Positions 56,912 through 64,000 of a stretch of DNA of 64,000 bases are shown piece after piece. The translations under genes and the position numbers were made by a program. The stretch's first letter is position 1. Every line of letters starts with the position of its first letter. This DNA is from Eledone cirrhosa (lineage: Eukaryota), in the NCBI GenBank assembly GCA_964016885.1, contig OZ024741.1:16306001-16370000 (forward strand), read 5' to 3'. Under the pieces are notes generated by a model. It was given only the letters and a program-made list of their open reading frames with translations. It searched no databases and was not told the DNA's origin.

Positions 56912-59069
56912 GTAAGTAGCACGTGTTGCAATTTCTTCCGTTAGCAAAATATTTTATTATTTAATTCGATAAAACAAAAAGACACGAAAGATAACTTAAG
57001 TTTTTCATAATTTTCCTGTTGTTATTTAATATTTCTAAATTGATATATAAACTAAATCGTTGTTAATTATGTGATTCTGTCTTTTTTCCTCTAAATGAAC
57101 GATCTAATATACCACATGGTCTGATCGAAGTCTTTTCTTTGCTTTACTTTCAACTCTTTCTATTCTCCTTTGACTTATATATTTCACAGTTTTTTTTGTT
57201 TGTTTTATATTGTGTATAACAGATTAATATAGAATTTGATCAGATATATAATAAAATAAATAATATTTATAAGAAATATTTTTCCGTAACTAAATGAAAG
57301 AAAATATAGATAATTTTTTATTTAATGAGATGTTCCACGCAAACTTATTAGGCTCGAAATTTTCCATTTCACCAAGTTATACTTAAAGCATGGAAAGTTT
57401 CTATACATGGTCGTTCGACCAGCTAGAAAATAGCAGCTAAATCGGTGCTTCATTATTACCTCGCGTTTTACATGTGAGAGGTGTCATCTATCAGATCACA
57501 ACCAGCTTCATGCTTTAAAAAAAAGACACGTTGTCTTATCGAGGTCAACTTTACCTTTTTTCCTATCTTTAAAACACCCAAGAAACTTATGAGATGTATC
57601 CTCGAAGGAAGCCGTCTAAACCTACACACGTGTGTGCCGTGATAAAACGAGGTCAACTTTACCTTAGTGTCCTATCTTTAAAATAAAGAAACTTACATGT
57701 GTGCCGTAATAATATCAACATTAAATAATGTAATCACTTATAAATTGGATGGTCATGGTTGGAATACTCTTGATCGTAGGGCTGATTTGTTAAAAAAAAA
57801 TAAACCGCTGATTTCTTGGATTTAATAGAATAAAGTTTAGGTTTACCCAGTAATGTTTAAACTTATCAGGAAATTGTAATATTTATGAAATGACTAGTAA
57901 AATTAATTTTAAAAGCATCTAGGGAAGATGTCCACAATATAGATTCCTTCACATATGGTAGTCATTTATTTCGGATATATTATACAAAATTCGTGTATGT
58001 GTGTGTGTTTATGTATATATGCATATGCTCTGTTGGATGTGCAATATGTGAGAGAATTCAAAAATGTTTATATTGAATGCTACTAACTTATTTTACTTAT
58101 ATTATTTACATAACATATCTATGCTATCATTACATATCTGTTTTACCATAATGCATGCAAGTATTAACATTCTGTATGTAATAAGTTTGATATCACTTTC
58201 TGTCTTACCTTATGCATGCTTTTATTAATATTCTGTATATTTTGCTTCATACACCCTTATAACACCTTTCAATATTATATCTTTTTACTGTAATATGTAT
58301 TTGCTTAATATCTTTTTGCACCTGTATTACCTTTATGCATACTATTAGTAACTTTCTGTATATGTTTATTATAATCACTTATAACCTTCTCACAACAACT
58401 CCCTCTATTTTGCTATCTCTTTACTATAATTGTTTCTACTTTTGGCACAAGGCCAGCTATAATACAGTACATTACTGGTACTTTATTCTATCGAGCTCGT
58501 AAGGATGAAAGGCAAAGTTATCATTTTGTTACTCTTGATTTTCAATATGATGTCACTGACACTTAATAATGTATCTTAATGAATGTTCTAAAGACTAGGA
58601 ATGTAATTACTTGTTTAAACATTGTGTAAGCTCAGATGATTCCAGACAGTTATCTGGTAGAAATGATCGTCAGTAATTAAATGTATTAAGCAAATATTTG
58701 ATTGTTTTATATTTTGATGATAATATAGAGATTATAATATATGGCACAATCAATGATGGAATTGTTTTTCCATAATCAAACTACTTTGATTATGTCTGAT
58801 ATCCCTCTTTCTTGCCTAATAGCCCTTGCTCTTTCCTATACTTTAACATACAGCCAGGTCTACTTTTCTTTACCCTCTTTCCCTTGTTTTTCAGTACTTA
58901 ATCTTGTTTTTATCTTTTTTCAAATATTTCCATCATTTTATAACTTCTGTCTGTAAAATATAGTTATGTCTTAATTTTAAGTGCCTGCCTGATGTGCCCT
59001 TGATTCATTTATTAATTAATTAATTATCCTGTTTCGGACTGACTCAATGTGATTTTGGTTTAATTTCAG

Positions 59070-59277
59070 GCTGAAATACTGCATGTTCTCTATGAACATG
59101 CTTCTGGCTACACATTATTCCGTGTTATGGAGTTTGAAGAAATGGGTGTGTTGCTGCCTCAGGTGGAAGCTGCAGCCCATGATTTGGGAAAGTTTAATTC
59201 CATTGTGAAGTTTGTCTCTTTTGCTCCTTTCAAAAGTGGAACCAATGCTTTAGATAACATAAACAGTATATCAGAAG
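59070..59277 (+). CDS. NOP56: Nucleolar protein 56, exon 2 (N-terminal domain); gene continues past the window
   Basis: TTTCAG|[70 protein letters not shown]|GT, matching the NOP56 N-terminus. Confidence 0.93.
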
Positions 59278-60649
59278 GTAAATATAGTTTTTTTTCTTTC
59301 CCTGTTATGTTAATATTTGTTTTCACCTCATTTTATTGAAGAAATTTGACCTTATTCCTTTTGTGATTTAAATATTCTCTATTTCAATTAATTGTTTCTA
59401 CTTTTGGCACAAGGCCAGCAACAAACCCAGTGCATTACTGGTACTTTATTTTATGACTCCGTAACGATGAAAGGCAAACTTAACCTCGGCGTGATTTGAA
59501 CTCAGAATGAAAGAGGCCGTAACTCTATGCGTCAAATCATGGCGTCCGACCCTCTACTGATACTGCCATTCTATTTCAATTAATGCAGCATTTTCAGTGC
59601 TTCACTAAACATTTTTTTAATTTCATTACTAAGATACTGATTTAACATATATGGTTCTTTTATGAAATTACTTTTGAAGATTTTAATTTAATTTAAAAAT
59701 GGTTTCTTTTGTTTTATCTTCATAGAACCTAAATTGGTTTCATATAAAATCTTCCAACATAATTTTATATAAGTACTAAGTTAGTATCTTAATGAAATAA
59801 CAACTTCACTAAATCCTTTGAAATTCTTTGTGAATTAATTGAAATGGTGCATTTAAAGTATTCCTTATTGTGAGTTTGAGGCATTAATCCTGTGCTACAA
59901 CTAGATACTTTTAATACAAATAAACCAATATTGAACATTAAATGTCTATGGCACCAGTTCTATAATTGTTGCTGATTTTAGTGTTCTATATCAATCTAGT
60001 TCTTCTCCACCCAGTTGTTAACTGACCATTGGACAAACTGGTCTAAGTAGAACTTACATTAATATCTTCTCTATATATATTATACTGATCAACACTTGCC
60101 TTCCTCATGTTAGTTTCACATATTTGGTTAGAGATATTCCATAAATATGTAGGTCTGGTTGTAAGATGTTAAGTGGATATGAGTTACCTATCTCCCTGGT
60201 TAGACTGTTTTAGATGGTACCAAGTTACAACAGGTTGTAGATAAGTGTATTTATGGAAGGCTTGCAAGTAATTAGTGATGGTAAGAATAATGTATGCATG
60301 GCCTAGTGGCTGGAATTAATGGAGAATTTTGAGAGGATTTACTAAAATTATTATTTCATTACTACAATAGTAATTTGACCCTTTCATTACTACATTTCTA
60401 ATAAAATACACTTTCAATTAATGAAGAATTTTGGGGGATTTACTAAGATTATTCAATATTTAATTCCTAAGATAGTAACTTAACATACGGTTCTTACATA
60501 AAATTATGTTGGAAGATTTTAATTTAGATTGTAAAGATTTAAAATGGATGGGCCGGGTTGGTTTTAAAAGTGTTAAAGTGATGTATGAAGCAGCTAAACA
60601 AAATTGTTCCATAAACTTATGTTGGAAGATTTAAGTATATATAGTTTAA

Positions 60650-60852
60650 CCCTTTTCCATTTACATTACTCAATATACTATTGTATTTTTGCGGTAAAGG
60701 CTTTACCTAACAATGTCGAATCTATCAGATTTGATATTTATTTATGTTGAGAACAATATCTTAACATCAGTATGAGTGGCTAGTTACGACCGATTTGAAC
60801 AGAAATAGGTGAGAAGATTCTGGCGGATAAGACAGGTTTAAATACAAAAGGG
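60650..60852. mobile_element. piggyBac-type MITE
   Basis: TTAA|CCCTTTT...AAAAGGG|TTAA. Confidence 0.7.
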
Positions 60853-61276
60853 TTAAAATGAGGATCAGTTTTTATATCAGAACTATGGGTGTTTCAGTTG
60901 ATTTGGTATAAAACTATTAAATCTGGTTACAATTTTAGTGATTACTTTACGTTTCTTGTGTGTAACAGTTCTGTTGTGAGTTTGAGGCATTAATCCTGTG
61001 CCACAACTAGATACTTTTAATACAAATAAACCAATATTGAACATTAAATGTCTATGGCACCAGTTCTATAATTGTTGCTGATTTTAGTGTTCTATATCAA
61101 TCTAGTTCTTCTCCACCCAGTTGTTAACTGACCATTGGACAAACTGGTCTAAGTAGAACTTACATTAATATCTTCTCTATATATTATACTGATCAACACT
61201 TGCCCTCCTCATGTTAGTTTCACATATTTGGTTGGAGATATTCCATAAATATGTAGGTCTGGTTGTAAGATGTTAA

Positions 61277-62062
61277 GCCTTTCGTTACCATATTTCTAAC
61301 CAAAATACACCCCTTATGTGTTTCAATTAATTTCTAACATAATCATAAATTTAGTCTGGATTCATTAAACAACTCTAACTTTTTTATTTATCAACATATT
61401 AATGTGATTTTTGGAATAAAATTTAACGAAAGGTTCTCAACCAATTCTATTCCATAATTTTTGTCTCAAAGTGACTCTAATTACAGGTAAATTCAACAAA
61501 ATATGAAATTATTTAAATTTTGTTCAAACATCGCTATAGAAAATGGGTTATTAGCTAATATTCAATTGGGTATACAAAAATGTTTACTATAGAAGAGTTG
61601 TGCACATTAATGGATTTATCAGGCGAATTTAAACACACAAAAGACAGGTGTACCATAAAGGTATAAATAAAACGAAAGACTGGAATTTGTCTGTGGAGAA
61701 AACTAGAAAACAAAATACACACACACCATCAACTAGATTAAATAAGCTCTCCCACATACATAGATATGCAGAAATATACAATAATGATTTACAAAAGAAA
61801 TTAATCAAAACTCGTCATTCACCTTACAGGTAAATTAAAATTACACATAAAGAAAAATAAAAACGAAGTAAATTTGAAAATATTAATAAAATCAAATCAC
61901 ATATATATACAAATCAAACAATATTCCTATCATGAAAACTTGTAAAGCTCTACATAATGCAACCTTGCAGAATGCACATTGGAAAGTTGTTTCAACAGAC
62001 CTTCCACTAGGAGCTTTCCTTTTTTGATGAAGGCATTCACGACACTGCCTTTTGCGACCCTC

Positions 62063-62095
<33 letters not shown>

Positions 62096-63867
62096 CCTCC
62101 TAATTTATGGAGATCAGCTGAATTCAGAGGGATATCTCTCTGGCAGGCTTTGGTTTTTCTACCTACAGTTATTTTTTTTTTAGGAATAACCAGCTCTTAA
62201 TTGTGTTGCTATATCTGCTCGGAACTGCAGATGGTCGCATCGCTTTCGAGCCGGTCCCGATTTGGTATATAGTATAAACGCATTAGTAATACTCATATTT
62301 ACTATATACCAAACCAGGTATCGCCACCATTTATTCCCCTGTCTGCCAACTGAATAATAAGACATCATCTGATTCATCCGATCTACACCACCCATGTACC
62401 TGTTATAATCGAGATTCACAAATGGGGTGCCATCTTCATCCACATGTGGCCGTGCACAGGTAGACAGAAAATTGATCTGCCTCTTTTCTCTCTATGCTGT
62501 CGCGAGCAAATTTCCTTTCTGCCGTTGAATTATTTCATCTTTTTTTTTTTAATTTTGCTTTTTTTATATCCGACGGCAATCTTTTTCTATTAGCGATCAC
62601 TGTAGCACATGTATGTGTTGCCACAGTATCTAAATTCTCCGTAAGTTTGACCGAACTGAAAAACGGGTCAAAAAGTAATATACGGCCCTGGTTATGGTAT
62701 GAAAGTGATAAATTCCAGACCACATCATACCCTAGGCCATGCTGACTTACATAATTGTCTCTTTTGCCAGTATAAAATTCAAATCCAGAGCAGTACCCAG
62801 TATTCGATTCGCAAATCTTCCAAACTTTGATCCCCCATTTTGTGGGCTTTCCTGGCATATATTGTCGAAAACGCACTCGGCCTTTATAGCCCACCATACC
62901 CTCATCGATAGATAAATATCTCCCTGGTTTGTAAACTGTTTTATATGTTTTGAACACAATCAATGATCAATGAGGGATCTTATTTTAAATAAGGGATCAT
63001 AGTTTGGTTCTCCACGTACTGGTGTACTGCTTGTCTCTTACATGTAAATACTGCGTAATTTTAAAAACCGTGTCCTCGTCATTATACTTGAGACATATTC
63101 GTCTCCAAAGGGTTCATCGGTACTCCAGTAATTTGTAATTCTGGGTAGCTTTCTAATGTCCATAATAATAATATTTATGGCAAAATAAGCCCTAATTTCA
63201 TTTAAGCTTGGGGGAAACCACAAACTATCCTTTTTTTTTCACTTTTACTTTCAGCGTAACGGTTTGTTTCCGCTGTAATAATTTCAAACAAGCTCATAGG
63301 AAAAAGTAAAAGGAAATAGTCTAAAGCTTTGCTCTCCTGGGATAGACTGTGACTTGGTCCAGTTTCTTCATAAAAATCACTGAAAGAAACAGTTTTAAAA
63401 TTTTTACTCCATTCAGGTGCCAATTCATTTTCTTTATCGCTGTCATCGGAGCTCTCGGATTCACTGCTTTCACTTTCGGAAAATGAAACATCGGATTCAT
63501 TATCAAATACCACGTGCTTTTTTTTTTTCAGTTATAGAGTTAGATTTTTCAAGGTCTTCAGTAGAAAATCCTTCGAATTCTGACTTGCTGCTTGACTGAA
63601 TGGAATTGGTATCCATTTTTTGTCAGAATTAAAAAATTTTCAAAACAAACAGGAACAAATTTGGAAAAAAATCTCCCCAAATTCACAGAATTAAAATAAA
63701 ACGTTGATATTTGTCCAAAACTGTAGCTCAATTGTTTACATAGTATATTTTCACGAATGTACTAACGAGATTTGCTCTGATTTTCTCATTTAAATGTGAA
63801 TGTGTGAGTACGGGCAGCTTGGTCACATGAACCAAAATTTTTTTGGGGCAATTTGGTAACGAAAGAG
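61277..63867 (-). mobile_element. piggyBac transposon, both ends present
   Basis: TTAA TSD at 61273-61276 and 63868-63871; TIRs GCCTTTCGTTACCA / TGGTAACGAAAGAG; empty site at 60169-60172. Confidence 0.95.
61930..63616 (-). pseudogene. Frameshifted piggyBac (PGBD4-like) transposase
   Basis: ETNRYA, LSIDEGMV, QYMPGKPTKWGIKVW, DYNRYMGGVD, KWWR, C-terminal Cys-rich domain. Confidence 0.92.
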
Positions 63868-64000
63868 TTAAGTGGATGTGAGTTACCTATCTCCCAGGAT
63901 AGACTGTTTTAGTTGGTACCGCGTTACAACAGGTTGTACATAAATGTGTATTTATGGAAGGCTTACAAGTAATTAGTGATGGTAAGAAAAATAATGTATG

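Larger units (their letters stand above)
59868..64000. repeat. Intronic duplication: 59868-60297 repeated as 60974-61276 plus 63868-64000
   Basis: Near-identical sequence; second copy split by the piggyBac. Confidence 0.9.

Noticed and set aside
58990-59043. Box C/D snoRNA just before NOP56 exon 2
   Set aside because: CTGAC ~28 nt before the acceptor is better explained as the branch point; box C is poor and no guide was recognised

Overview
AT-rich, repeat-dense animal genomic DNA. The RTE LINE and SINE families suggest an octopod cephalopod (inference). Host genes: the first two coding exons of NOP56 (+, 56909-59277), one tRNA-Asn(GTT) and two tRNA-Lys(CTT) copies from a ~4.7-kb tandem duplication. 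Mobile DNA: a Charlie/Buster hAT element with TIRs and 8-bp TSD inside a 53-bp satellite, a piggyBac whose empty site survives in a duplicated intron segment, RTE, CR1/L2 and CRE-like LINE remnants, mariner remnants, SINEs, and Penelope-like (PLE) RT and GIY-YIG fragments. The main signal is non-coding. Between ~9.6 and 56 kb, the short unique islands between (TA)n tracts are mostly fold-back or tandem modules carrying type I hammerhead ribozymes (HHR). About 25 motifs were read by eye, about 19 with intact cores, from more than 10 sequence families. They include ORF-less 428- and 541-nt tandem units (retrozyme/circRNA candidates), recurrent U3-A8 core variants, ~100-nt stem II expansions and a shared TTGAGYRC motif near their 3' ends. 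All structures were read manually and none was computed or tested.
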